A DNA stretch of 63,602 bases, the filler included, from Chiloscyllium plagiosum (Eukaryota): NCBI RefSeq assembly GCF_004010195.1. It is 7 parts of 7 records of this genome, joined end to end, with 100 filler letters (N's around TTAATTAATTAA, not from the genome) between each part and the next. Parts side by side here need not be neighbours in the genome. Positions count along the whole stretch, not along the records: positions 31,246 to 45,287 come from NW_025208163.1; positions 45,388 to 52,567 come from NW_025201558.1; 5 more parts are not named here. One strand, 5' to 3'. The notes beneath the pieces are model-generated. The model ran no database searches. It saw only the letters and a list, made by a program, of their open reading frames with translations, and was not told where the DNA came from. Made by a program: the position numbers and the translations under genes. Position 1 is the stretch's first letter; each line of letters starts with the position of its first letter. Shown piece after piece: positions 38,385 through 51,359 of the stretch.

Positions 38385-39590
38385 TTCATAGAATCATACA
38401 GAATAGAAGAAGCCATTCGCCCCATCAGGTCTATGCCACCAACACAACACTAAATCAACACTCCACCCACATTCCAGAAGTGGGCACATTACCCTGAATG
38501 TTCGGTCATTTCAGGTGCTCATCCAAGTACTTTGTGGAGGTTGTGAGGTTTCTCACCACAACTCCCCTCCCAGGCATTCCCGACCCCCACCCTCTGGGTG
38601 AAAAAGCTTTTCCTCAAATCCCCTCTAAAGCTGCTGCCTTTCACATTGAATGTGAGCCAACTTGTTCTTGACCCTCCCCGTCAGGGGTACAGCTATTTAC
38701 TATCACCCTGTCCATTCCCCTCATAACCTTGTCCCCCTCTATCAGGATCCCTCCCCCCCCCACTCCCCGAACTTTCTCTGCTCCAAAGTAAACAGCAGGA
38801 GCTTATTCATCCTCTTCACATCTGAAATGTTCCATCCCTGGGAACATCCTGGTGAATCTCCTCTGCACCCCCTCCAGTGTAATCACATCCCTCCTACAGT
38901 GCGGTCACTACAATTGCACACAGTGCTCCAGCTATGGCCTAACTACTGTTCTGTATCGCTCTGACATATCCTCCATGCTCTTTTAATCTCCACCTAAAAT
39001 GATTAAGGCAAGTACCCCCAGCTGCCTTCATAACTGCCCTGTTAACATGTTACATCTTCAAAAGTGCATCACCTCACATTTATCTGGTTTAAAAGCTATC
39101 TGCCTCTGATCTGCCCATCTGACCAATCCAGTTATATCCTCCTGTAACCTAAAACCTTCCCCTTCACTGTCAACCATCTGACCAATCTTCACATCATCCA
39201 CAAACCCAGTTATCATCCACCTCCACATTCCCTTCGGCATTGTTCCTGTATATCACGAGCAATGAGGGACCCAACACTGTTCCCTGTGATATCCGACTGC
39301 ACCCTGGATCCAGTCACACAAACAGCCTTCTAGCATCACCTTCTGTCACCTGTCACAAAGCCAAGTTTGGATCCAACTTGCCAAGTTACCCTGGATCCCA
39401 TAGCCTTGTATCTTCTTTATCAGTCTCCCAAGTACAACCTTGTCAAAGGCCTTACTGAAATTCATATAAACCACATCAACTGCACCTCCCTCATCTACAC
39501 ACCTGGTCACCTTCTCGACAAAATTCCAAAAGATTTGTTGGCCATGGCCTCCCTCTGACAAAGCCGTGCTGACTACCCCAATATGGAGAT
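38385..39590 (-). mobile_element. CR1 LINE 3' portion
   Basis: Minus-strand VDVVYMNFSKAFDKV, FVDDVKIG and FKPDKCEVMHF, with a 3' tail near 38390. Confidence 0.85.
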
Positions 39591-40794
39591 TCATTCAACC
39601 TTCAGAATTTTCTCCAATTGTATCCCTACCGCTGATGAGACACCCACTGGTTTCCTTGTCCATGTCTGGCCTGATGACATGCGACTTCATCATGTCTAGA
39701 GTCAATGTTGAGGATTTCACTCCCTCCTGGCTCTATATGACTGTGCCATCACCTCTGCTGGGTCTTTCCTGCTGGTGGGACAGGACCTATACAGGGCTGG
39801 CAAAGGTGGTGCCTGGGACATTGTTCGGTATAATTATGTGAGTATGACTGTGTCAGGCTGTTGCTTGTCAGTCTAGTCTGTGAGACAGCTCTCCTGAATT
39901 TTACACGAGCCCACAGATGTTAGTAAGGAGGATGCAACAGGGTCGACAGGGCTGTGTTTGATGTTGCTTCCGGTGCCAAGGTCGATGCCAGGTTGTCCAT
40001 CAAGTTTCATTCTGTTTCTGAGACTTCCTAGCAATTGTTAAAATGGAGGGCCTTGCTCGGCTATTACAGAGGGTGGTTAACAGTTAACCTCATTGCTGTG
40101 GGTCTGGAGTTACGTGTAGGCCAGACAAGGTAAGGACGGCAGATTTCCTTCCCGAAAGGACATCGGTCCTACGTCTCAATATCTCTTTAACAAAACCCCG
40201 ATCACTCACAGATCAGAATTACATTATCAGAGAACATTGGAGCAGACTTGAATCAACGCACTCCAGGAAGGAGTCACGTTGGAAGAGCAACAAACAAGGA
40301 TGGAGATGGAGACGTGGGGCTTCAAATACTGATCTTTGCACTTTAGTGGCACGCTTTGATGGCTGTTTGTTAGATCTTTGCGTATAACTATATTTTTGCT
40401 GATCCCACTGCTAATCCGAAGGACACTCCACCCTTCAGTCTGACAAACCAGATTCACCCATCTCAAAGCTCTGCTTCTGGGCGAGGCTCCAATCTTTCAA
40501 AGAGATGAATTCAAGCCTCACCAGTTTGTTCACTTGAATTGGATGCCATTTATTTTGATTTCTCCTGGGATGGAGCGGGCGTTGACGTGTCGGTTATTTG
40601 TTGCTCTTCCCGAATTGTCCTGGAGATGGAGATGGTGAACCATGTAATATCTGGGAAGTAACTGACAGGTCATTCCCACTGGAATCCATTGGAATGACTG
40701 CCGGTTTGTTCATGGCTAATGGAAGGAGGCGTTACCCATAATCCTCAGCAGCAGTGCAAGTACTCTATAGTTACTGGAAGGCAGCTGTTTCACT

Positions 40795-40900
40795 GTGACC
40801 GCACAATATAAAGTCAGAAAGCACACAACACCAGGCTCTAGCTCAACAGGTTCATTTGAAATCACAAGTTTTCGAAGCGCGGCTCCTTCATTAGGTGTAC
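40795..40900 (-). mobile_element. Second Penelope-like repeat family, degenerate hammerhead core
   Basis: Minus strand CAC-CTAATGA-A-GGAGC-CGC-GCTTC-GAAAACTT-GTG followed by CCTGGTGTTGTGTG. Related fragments lie at about 36380-36540. Confidence 0.5.
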
Positions 40901-41799
40901 CCCCATCGGTATCCCCCACATTACTGAACAGTACAAATAACTGGGGCTCTGCGAGGATCCAGCCGGCTCAAGCTTAGAGAGTACAGCTCTCGAATCAGGA
41001 TACCACAATGAAAATGCCCTGCATGCTATGATATATCAAAAAGAAATACATTGATGTGACTTTAGATTGTCTTCAGATTGTACTTTTTTCTCATTCTGTG
41101 ATACACGTAGACATTGTCAGTATTGGGTATCACAAAATATGTTTCCTCCTTTAAACACTTTCCAACACACTCTCTCTATCTTGCTTTAATCCTTATTGAC
41201 TCCTCGACACTGTCCCTGTTCCCTCACTCCATCCCGGTCCCAGAGGAATTGATGGCCGGGGTTCATGACCACGCACTGTGTGAAGGTTGGTGTGAAGTGA
41301 GGCCAGTGTGTTGGAGCTTGGGCTCCTGCCTCAGGCCCAGGTGTAGGGGCCTGTTCAACAATCTGCACATTGTCCTTTTTCTCTTTCTGAATGAACTGGA
41401 TCAAGTTGCAGTAACGAGCTGGCAACAAGGTGTCTTGTCTAAAATGTTCCCAGCATTGGACACAGAACTAGGTTAGTCACAGGAGACAAAGGGTAGCGAT
41501 GGAAGAACGNNNNNNNNNNNNNNNNNNNNNNNNNNNNNNNNNNNNNNNNNNNNNNNNNNNNNNNNNNNNNNNNNNNNNNNNNNNNNNNNNNNNNNNNNNN
41601 NNNNNNNNNNNNNNNNNNNNNNNNNNNNNNNNNNNNNNNNNNNNNNNNNNNNNNNNNNNNNNNNNNNNNNNNNNNNNNNNNNNNNNNNNNNNNNNNNNNN
41701 NNNNNNNNNNNNNNNNNNNNNNNNNNNNNNNNNNNNNNNNNNNNNNNNNNNNNNNNNNNNNNNNNNNNNNNNNNNNNNNNNNNNNNNNNNNNNNNNNNN

Positions 41800-42300
41800 G
41801 TTTATCAGGATATTGTCTGGTATGGCGGATAGTAGTCCTGAAGAAAGGTTGAATAGACTGGGTTTGTTTTCACTGGAATACAGAAACATGAGGCGTGTCC
41901 TGATAGAAGTTTATAAAGTTGTGAATGGGATATGTAGAATGGAGAATATGAGGCTTTTTTCCCCAGGGTGGAGGAGTCAATTATTGGGGAACAGAGGTTC
42001 AAGAGGCGGGGGAATTTAAAAGAGATGTGCGAGGCAAGTATTTCACACAAAGGGAGTTGAGTGCCTGGAACACACTGCCAGAGGAGGGGGTGTAAGCAGA
42101 CACAATAGAAGTATTCAAGAAATACCTGCTCTAATACATGAATAAGAAGGGAAGAGAGGGATATGAATCCTGTAGGTGAAGTTTCAGTATGGAAGGGCAA
42201 AATGTGTCAGCACAGGCTAGTTTCAGTATGGAAGGGCAAAATGTGTCAGCACAGGCTTGGAGGCCGAAGGGCCTGTTTCTGTGCTGTATTGTTCCTTATT
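41800..42300 (+). mobile_element. CR1 LINE 3' fragment
   Basis: EERLNRLGLFSLE...LIEVYK, with a 39-bp tandem duplication at about 42181-42258. Confidence 0.8.
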
Positions 42301-42599
42301 CTTTGGTCCCTGCTGTTGAATTGGATTCTCGGGAGCCAGCTCCGTATGAAGAGCCTGTTCTCATTCTTTTGTTGGAGTTCATGGGGCAGCTGCTGCTTCC
42401 TTGCTACGTCACTGATCAAACCAACAATGGGGAAAGCCTCTTGATATTTTAAATACACTGTCTGCAGGAAAATATTTGGCGGAGGTTTTAATATTGTTTA
42501 ATAAGATAATGACGTCAATACAACAGTGTTGTTTATGGCTCGGAACATTTCACATCATGGTCCAAGATTTAAATGGACCCTAACTCGTGATAATACAGT

Positions 42600-43345
42600 T
42601 TTCAATGTTTCTCTCACAGCACCACATCGATAAACATACACTCCCTCTACCACTGATGCTCAGTAACAGCCGTGTGCACCATCTACAAGATGCACTGCAG
42701 GAATTCACACCAAGTCTCGTGAGACAGCACCTTCCAAACCCACGATCATTTCCATGTAGAAGGACACAGAACACCACCAAAAACAAGTTCCCCTCCAATC
42801 CACATAGAATCTTGATTTGAAAATATGTTACTGTTCCTCCAGTGTCGCTGGATGAAAATCCTGGAATTCCCTCCCTAAGGGCATTGTGGGTTTATCTACA
42901 GCACATGGACTACAGTGGTTCAAGAAGGCAGCTCACCATCACCTTGCAAAGGGCAGGATTGTGGCTCAGTGGTTAGTGCTGCTACCTCACAGCACTGGGG
43001 ACCTGGGTTCAATTTCACCCTGGGACAACTGTCTGTGTGGAGGTTGCACATTTTCACCATGTCTGTGTGCGTTTCTTCCACACAGTCCATAGATATGTTG
43101 GTTAGGTGGATTAGCCATGCCAAATTGCACATAGTGTCGAGGGATGTGTGTGCTGGGTGGGTTGGCCATAGGAAATGCTGCAGTACAGGAATGGGGTCAG
43201 TCCAGATGGGATGCTGTTTGGTGGGTTGGTGTGGATTTGATGGGCTGAATGGCCTGTTTCTACACTGTATGATGATTCCATTATTCACAAGGGCAACGCA
43301 GAATGTGTAATAAATGCTGGCCCAGACAGCAACACCCATGTTCTC
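42600..43345 (+). mobile_element. LINE 3' end interrupted by a V-SINE (about 42955-43285)
   Basis: SINE A box TGGCTCAGTGG and B box GGTTCAATTTC, flanked on both sides by AAGGGCA, after which the host repeat resumes (AATAAATGCTGGCCCAG). Confidence 0.7.
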
Positions 43346-45287
43346 GGAGTGAGTTTTAAACAAAAAGACCATCTGCACTGCTTACTATTCCATCAGACTT
43401 TGTGTCAATGTGGAACTATGATTCTCATTAATACATACAGTAAGTAGTTAAGGCCTCACCACAGAATCCTTGTGGAACACCACTCATCACTTTCTTTCTC
43501 TGTCGTCTGTCACAAAACCAGCCTCCGAACCAAGTCAAACATTCATCTTCAATCCCATGGGTTTTAACTTTGATCAGCAGACTGTTTTGTGGGAAATTAT
43601 CGAGTATTTCTGAAAGTCCATGAGACTTTTTGCCCTATCGACTATTTTAGTTTATGCATTTGATTCGTTCGTCAGAACCTACCCATCACAAATCTATGTG
43701 GGCTATTTGCAATTCTCTACATGTTCATTCTCTTGGCTGTTAATTATAGATTCCAAAGAACCCCCCAAAAGAGATGTTAGATTGACCAGAATGTAATTTC
43801 CACGGTTCCCTCTCTCATCTTTCTTGAACCCGTGGAGTTACCGCAGGACATTTTCCAAATTAAAGGAACGGTTGCTGCTTTGGAACCTGATGGGAAAACC
43901 TTCTGAAAATTCTTCCCCCCTTCCTTTAAACCCCTGAGGTCCTGGAGAATCTGTCAGCCTTTAGAGCTGCTCACTCTCCAATGCTGTTTTCTGGCATGTA
44001 TCAAATTTTGCGAATTCCAGTCTTCAATTCATTACTAACCTCCCTGGAATGGAAGCTGCATTATCCCATTCCTTGACTGTGAAGACTGACACAACTAATT
44101 ATTGTACATACCGGCAATTCCCTTAGTCTCATTCATGGAATTCCCTGTTTGTTTTTAAAGGGCTCACATTGCACTGGAGCCCCCTTGGTTTTCTAATTTT
44201 CGTGTAAAATATTTGTGTTATTCTTGTGACCCCTTGCAGGTCTCTTTCTCAATCACTTTCTGTAACTCTTGCTTCCTTTTTGTCTTCCTTTGCAGTTCTT
44301 CATGTCTTCCTTCAGTTGCCTGAATTTTCACTGATTTGAGGGTTCTCACCTTTCGTTTTCTGTTTTCTCTCACTTATTTTGTCAGCGACGATGTGTTAAC
44401 AAGTGGGGACCTGTTCCTTACTGAGCTGAATTCATTTTTAAACATCTCCCCGTCTCATTGAGAGTCTGATCTGACAATTTTGGCTGCCATCAATCTCTGT
44501 TGGATTCTGTTTTCTGGGAGGTGGGAGTCACTGGCATAGATAAGCATTTGTTACCCAAGACTAATTGCCCTTGAACTGCTGGCCTTGCTGTGACCTCTCA
44601 GAAGGCACCTAAGAGTTAACCAGATTGCTGTGGGGCTGGAGTCACATGAAGTCTAGACTGGGTAAGGCTGAGGCTGGATAGCAATCAGGGATCATTATCG
44701 TGGTCACCATTAATGAGGCTTGCTTTGTGATTTGAATTCAAATTCTAGCACTTGTCTCTGGGGGACATAGTACAGTTCGATATATTGTGGCAGGACCCCT
44801 GTTTTGTATCTGACCTGAAAGACAACAACTCCCTCAGTTTTGCAGTGTCAGCTTTGACTGTGTGTTCAACATAGGAATTAGGAGAGGGGGGAGGCAATTC
44901 AGCCCTTCGAGCCCGCTCCACCATTTAACATGACCATTGCTGATCTTATCCTGGTCTCAACTCCACTCTCCTGCCTGCTCCCCATCGCTCTTTATCTCAC
45001 TTTCCATCAGAAACACATCNNNNNNTCACAACCCTCTGGGAGATGTAGTTTCTACTCAGCTCAGTTTTGAACCGACCTCCTCTCACTCTATATCGATGAC
45101 CTCTTGTTCCAGACTGTCCTGCAAGGGGGAGCATCTATCCAATATCCACCTTATCAATCCCCTTTCCCATTTCTATCCATCAATCAGATCCCTCCTCATT
45201 CTTTTGAACTCTAGCGAGTACAAGCCCAAGCTCTTTACCTGCTCCTCGTGGGCCGCCCTTTCATCCCTGGAATCAGTCTGAGGAACA

Positions 45288-45387
45288 NNNNNNNNNNNNN
45301 NNNNNNNNNNNNNNNNNNNNNNNNNNNNNNNTTAATTAATTAANNNNNNNNNNNNNNNNNNNNNNNNNNNNNNNNNNNNNNNNNNNN
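45288..45387. other. Artificial scaffold spacer
   Basis: 44 N + TTAATTAATTAA + 44 N. Confidence 0.97.
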
Positions 45388-45528
45388 GACCTAACCTATC
45401 TTTTATCTTAGCTTGCTGGACCAACTTTCCTCATTCCTGAAGAAGGGCTTATGCCCGAAACGTCGATTCTCCTGTTCCCTAGATGCTGCCTGACCTGCTG
45501 CGCTTTTCCAGCAACACATTTCCATCTC
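45388..45528 (+). mobile_element. Penelope-like repeat end with hammerhead-like core
   Basis: CTGAAGA-A-GGGC-TTAT-GCCC-GAAACGTC at 45437-45464. Confidence 0.7.
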
Positions 45529-45539
45529 CATCCAGTTCA

Positions 45540-46760
45540 TGCCTATCAATAACAGCCACCTAACTATTCCAGTCTCATGTGCCAGCACATGATCCATTGC
45601 CTTGTGTGACTTGACTTTGCAAGGATGCATCTCAATACTTCATACTTATTATGAGGGGCTCAGTCTCTACATGACTAATAGGTACTGAGCTCCAGGCTAA
45701 CACCACCCACTGTTTGATTTTGTTTTCTCCTGAGATCCACTTGGAACCTCCTAGCCTTACCTTCACCCTGTGCCCCTGAGGCATTGATCTCTCCATCAAG
45801 GGGAAAGGTTTCATTCAGTTTACCCTGTCTATGTATAAAATAATTCTAGACATCATGATAGTCTTCTCCCTAATTCTCCTCTGCTCCAAGGAATACCCCT
45901 GTCTATCTAATCTAGTTTCATATCTAAAACCCTCCAACCCAGGCAAGATCCTGGCAAATCTCATCAATACTGCCTTCAGTGTAATCACATTCCTTCGATA
46001 ACATGCACACAACGCTTCAGTATGGCCTAACCAGTGTTCTATTAAGTTCCAGTATTATCTCCCTACTCTTCATTGTCAATATCTAGGCTAATAAAAGCAA
46101 ATATCCTCCCACTTTCTTAACCTCTGTATCCAGACGCTATAGTACTATAGTGGATCGGTGGGTACAAGCACCAAAGATCCTCAGGCCTTTCCAGGGTTCC
46201 AACATTCAAAACGTCATACCTCACAGATTCTTCTGCCGAATTACATCACCTCACATTTATCCAGAATAATTTCCATTTGCGACTTCTCTTCACATACAAC
46301 CAACCCTTTTATATCCTCCTGCAATCTAAAGCCATTATACTCATGATTTACCAACATGACAGTTTTCATTTCATCTGTGAATTCACTGGTTAGTCCTCCT
46401 AAATTTGAGTCTCAATCATTGGTATGTAAGAGAAATAGCAAGGAAATCAACACCAATCCCTACAGAACATCAGGAGACATAGATTTCCAGTCACGCAGAC
46501 ACCCGATGACTATTATCCCCTGCTCCCAGCACTCAGCCAGGTCGAGATCCAATCTGTCAAATTAACTCGGATCCCATTGGCTCTGATGATTGCTATCATC
46601 TGGACATCGAGTTATCTCTCTGAAAACTACTATCAAATTGTTACACATGACTTTTTCTCAATAAAACTGTGCTGAAAATTGTGGATTTATCTTCCAAATG
46701 AAGACTAATTTCACTTCTCAATAGTTTCCCTACCACTGAGACTAGCTTGACAGATCTATG
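45540..46760 (-). mobile_element. Old CR1 LINE fragment
   Basis: Decayed RFARILPGLEGFRYETRLDR..YSLEQRR on the minus strand. Confidence 0.6.
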
Positions 46761-48179
46761 TTTTCATTATTTATCCCCTCCTTCGTCCTGCATAACAGTG
46801 CAACGTTGGCTGATCTACACTCACTTGGCACAACTGTTGTGGCCAGACAGTAATTCTACATTATTGTCAGCGACACAACTATTTCATCTTTTGCATCGCT
46901 CAATCGCTTGGTATACTTTTCATCTGCCCTGGAAATATAACCACTTTTCATTCAGCAAGACAACACAGAACATCACGTCATGTGTCCTAATTTCTGAAAA
47001 CTACATCACAAAACCCCTCCATGATTTCTGTCCCCACATTGTCCGTCTTTCTAGTGAACACTGACACAACACATTCGTTTTGACCACAACCTAATCCTCC
47101 GGCTCCACTCTAATAATAACACGTAATGGGCATTACTGTTTCCCAATTAATTCTTTTATTATGAATGAGCCTGTAACTTTAAAAAATATTTTCCTTTATT
47201 TTGACTGCTATTGTTTTCTCATTGTCCCTTTTGCTCTTCTAATTCATTTGTCTTTCAAACTCCCCCTTGCATGTTCTGTACTCCATACTAATTTCTATTG
47301 TTTTGAGGTTTCAGTATGTTTTACCCACTGGGTCGACTTCATTCCCTAAGGTTCACCCCTCTCTTGCAAGGTCTGGGTTAAAATTCTCAGTACGAAACAT
47401 ATACTTTGTTAAAATATTCTCCTGGGGGCATTTTCAGGATTGTGCTCCCTCTAAATTTTTGACAAAATGAATATCCAAGCCTATGCTGAGGAAGTTAAAA
47501 ACCTCTTTTCTCATTCCCCTATTTAATTTACATTTATCTGAAATTTGCCCATGTATTTACACTTGGTCTTTTGGACCTATAGTAAGGTCTATCGTGCTCT
47601 CCTAGTAATTATTTTTGCTGTATTTTGGGTTTGAAGTACTGTCCATTTGCCTTTGTTCGAGGAGGTATCCATGATTTCATTTCTCTTTACAGCCTAAAAT
47701 ACTCTTGTCAGAATTGCGACAGACGCAACATTCTGTACCGCACACCTCCGCCCCCATCCTTTTCCATCTTTCCCTGTCTCGCCTGAAGGCACTAAATCCT
47801 GGAATATTGAATAGCCACTCCTGCTCCGCTCTCAATATGTCTCCGTGATAACAAACGTATCATTTCCTCATTTATGCCGGTTATTCATCTGCCTTGTTCA
47901 TCAGATTCTGTCATTAAAACGAATACCATCCAACGTTGCTATCTCCCTTCTGATGTTACCGGCCTGTAGTTTGCATGCCTCCTTGACTCCCTTGTTGTGT
48001 CCTATAATTTTAGCCTTTCACATTGTCCTGCTGATCTTTGTGTGTGGATCCCAGCTTCTCCAGCACTCTGCACAAATATGATTTTTGTATCCATTAACCA
48101 CAAGAAAACTTGATATATGAGAACTGATTGTATTTGTTCTGAAATTTGTCAGATAATTTATGCGGTGTGTTTCCTAAAG

Positions 48180-48491
48180 GTACAGATCCTCTCCAACCAA
48201 CCCTTCTCCTAACTGTGAGCTCCAGTGAAGAAATCGCAAGCAGCAAGTTTGCAACCGTCGTCTGTTCAATCATCGACTTCCATCCGAAGTCAATCTCCGT
48301 GAGTTGGTTGAAAAATGGCCGACCCTTGGATTCTGGCTTCTTCACGTCTCCCGTGTGTAAGGCGAACGGGAACTTTTCGGTGACGAGTCGGCTGATGGTC
48401 CCTTATGGTGAATGGTTCAACAGCGCAGTCTATACCTGCCAGGTCACTCATGGAGAGACCACTCAAAGGAAAAGCATCACCGCACTCCAGG
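48180..48491 (+). CDS. IgNAR: IgNAR heavy chain constant exon C3
   Basis: Phase-1 acceptor ttcctaaag and donor G/GTAAGA. Encodes [90 protein letters not shown], which resembles shark IgNAR C3. Confidence 0.88.
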
Positions 48492-50429
48492 GTAAGAGAC
48501 ATATACTGAGAGAGCTACAAATCATTCTGAACTCTCATGTGAATCAAACAGACTAATTTATCAGGCTTAGTAAACAGCACTGTACAGCTTCTCATTTCCC
48601 AACATGCCACGTATCTCATTTCAGTTTGAGTGTTACATTAGCATTGCTCATAATTCTGATTTTGGCAAGTCAGAAAAGCATGTTTCCTCTCTGTTGAAGA
48701 TAGACATTTAGACAGTGAGCTTTGTTAAGTAGTTTGTTGCCTGACCATGCTGGGAGAGGCATTCAGAGTGCTGAATCCTTGCCTGGTAGCCGCTTGAAGG
48801 ATAAGTTTGGGGGTGAAGGGGGATATTGGATAGATATCTGATTGAAACATGGAAAATACTGAGAGACTGAGGTCGAGTGAACGTGGAATAGGTGTTTTGA
48901 CTGGTAGGCGAGACTAGGACCCAAGGGCACAGTCTCAGGGTCAAAGGGGCACTGTTTAGAACTGAGATGGGGAGGAATTTCTTCAGCCAGAGGGTGATGA
49001 GTGTGTGGAACTTGTTGCTGCAGCCGGCTGTGGAGGCCAGGCCATTGTGTGTATTCAAGCCAGAGATAGATCGGCTCTTGTTTCGTACAGGAAGAAGGCA
49101 GGAGAATGGTTTTAGCCCGAAACGTCGATTTTCCTGCTCGTCGGATGCTGCCTGACCTTCTGTGCTTTTCCTGCATCATTCTGATCTAAACTCTGGATTG
49201 GCCGAACAGCCTTATTCTGATCCTCTCTCTTATGATGTTGTGGTCTCAAAATGACGTGGTTAAAATATGCAGTGACCCATACTTGAAAATAAATCAAAAT
49301 GCGTTCAATGCTTCATTCCCTCCTCAGGAATGACCTGTTGACCTTGTACATCGTAGGACATCGATTTTTATCGGGTACTAAGCTCTTTAACTTATGGGAT
49401 CAGACCACAGACCAAGTGGTTATCACATTTGATGAACTGGGATAAACGTGATCTCACTGAGCTTCATTAAGATGCTCTCTGTAATTAGTGGATGAGGCAG
49501 AAGAATAAATTCTGGTGGGAATGCTACAATAGGGATGAATGAACGAGGAACTCGAGATAGACTGATTTAGTCTGGTTTGGGGTGGCGATGTTTACACAGT
49601 GAGTAGTGGATGTCTGTAAAATTAGTGACATTTCCATCGCGTTTGTAGATTAATTTAAGACGCTTTTGTTTGTTTTTTTTTCTGCCCTGCTCTATGAAGA
49701 AATTAAAAAATGCAGCTTGGTAAAGTGAAAGTACAGACCAGTTATGAACTACTAAGTGGAGGGAAAGACTTAAGGGGGGAGATGGGTGTCCTTCACGATA
49801 TCCACTGCTGTACTCAATGTCTTGTTTTCAGATCTGCTCCAAACACAGCCGACGAGGAACAATGACATAAATTAGAGAATGACATCACACCAATAACGCA
49901 AAGTATTTTTGATCATGTTAAATATAATGAACAGAATTTCCATGGATGTTCACCGCTCCTGTAACACTTTAGAACTCTGCAAAGAGAATAATTATTATTT
50001 ATTATAATTTGTCCAAAATTTGGGATGTGATTTGGCAGTCAGTGTGACCAGCAGCACTTGCACCTAAAGGTTATGAACATGGAAATTAACTCATTATATT
50101 CAGATTACTCTTGTCACAAGTATCAATAGATGGTCTTAAGTGAGAGACAAACTCCGAAAGAAAGGTAATTCCATGGGTTACATGATGGTATCTTCGATGG
50201 CTTGTTACAAAGCCAGTGTTCTTTCGGAATAATTACACAGGGTATGTCATAGGTAATCACAAATGCTTTCACAGATCAAAATACATCAACAATAGTAAGC
50301 ATCGGTTCAGCAATGGTTGGAGTTGCCAATTTGAAGGTGGTGTCTTCACACTGTGAAGGAGTAATCTGAAGATTGGCTGTTTGTATCAGAAAGGGGCATT
50401 TTTCATTGACTTTCATTTTTGTTTCATAG

Positions 50430-50638
50430 AAGATACCGAGTGCCACCCTAACACCGTTAAAATCCTCCCACCGCCAGTAGAACAAGTCTTACTGGAGGCG
50501 ACGGTGACGGTAACCTGCGTTGTGTCCAATCTTCCTTCTGGAGTCAACGTGACCTGGAAACAAGAAAAGAAGCCTCTGAAATCAGAGATTGCTGACCAGC
50601 CTGGACAGAATCCCGACAGCGTGATCAGCAAATTAGAC
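50430..50638 (+). CDS. IgNAR: IgNAR constant exon C4 (3' end lost in N-gap 50639-50760)
   Basis: Acceptor tttttgtttcatag, then [58 protein letters not shown]. Confidence 0.88.
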
Positions 50639-50966
50639 NNNNNNNNNNNNNNNNNNNNNNNNNNNNNNNNNNNNNNNNNNNNNNNNNNNNNNNNNNNNNN
50701 NNNNNNNNNNNNNNNNNNNNNNNNNNNNNNNNNNNNNNNNNNNNNNNNNNNNNNNNNNNNCCTTGTTGTGGGCTGGAAACATGGAGGCAACTTTCACATT
50801 AAACTTTCCTTTTTTTACTGTACTGTATGCGTACCATTCTGCTCCTTTAGAAAACGAAAGTGAATAAATCCCAAATTAAACATGGCGTATTTTAATATTT
50901 AGTGAAATTGTGATATTGGTTCAGGATTTTTTTGGTTGATTTATATTTGTCTCCAATATTCTGCAG

Positions 50967-51358
50967 TGATTAATCCGCTGGAGCCATCAGTGTCGGTCCC
51001 CCTGCCACCAACAGAAGAAATCTCCGCCCAGAGGTTTCTCTCCCTCACCTGTTTAGTGAGAGGTTTCTCCCCCCGAGAGATCTTCGTCAAGTGGACAAAC
51101 AATGACAAGCCGGTGAATCCGAGTAACTACAAGAACACCGAGGTGATGGCGGAGAGTGACAACACCTCCTTCTTCATCTACAGCCTGTTATCCATTACAG
51201 CGGAGGAGTGGGCCAGCGGTGCTTCTTACTCCTGTGTGGTGGGACATGAAGCGATTCTATTGAAGATCATCAACAGAACAGTCGATAAATCCAGCGGTAA
51301 ACCGAGTTTTGTAAACATTTCACTTGCACTGATGGACACTGTTAATTCATGTCAATAA
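50967..51358 (+). CDS. IgNAR: IgNAR constant exon C5 plus secretory tail
   Basis: Acceptor ttctgcag, then [26 protein letters not shown]...[17 protein letters not shown]...[23 protein letters not shown]. Internal donor G/GTAAA at 51296/51297 for the membrane form. Tail has an NIS glycosylation site and a penultimate Cys. Confidence 0.92.
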
Positions 51359-51359
51359 A
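51354..51359 (+). terminator. Secretory-form poly(A) signal overlapping the stop codon
   Basis: CAA TAA A gives AATAAA, followed by a GT/T-rich tract at about 51400-51411. Confidence 0.6.
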
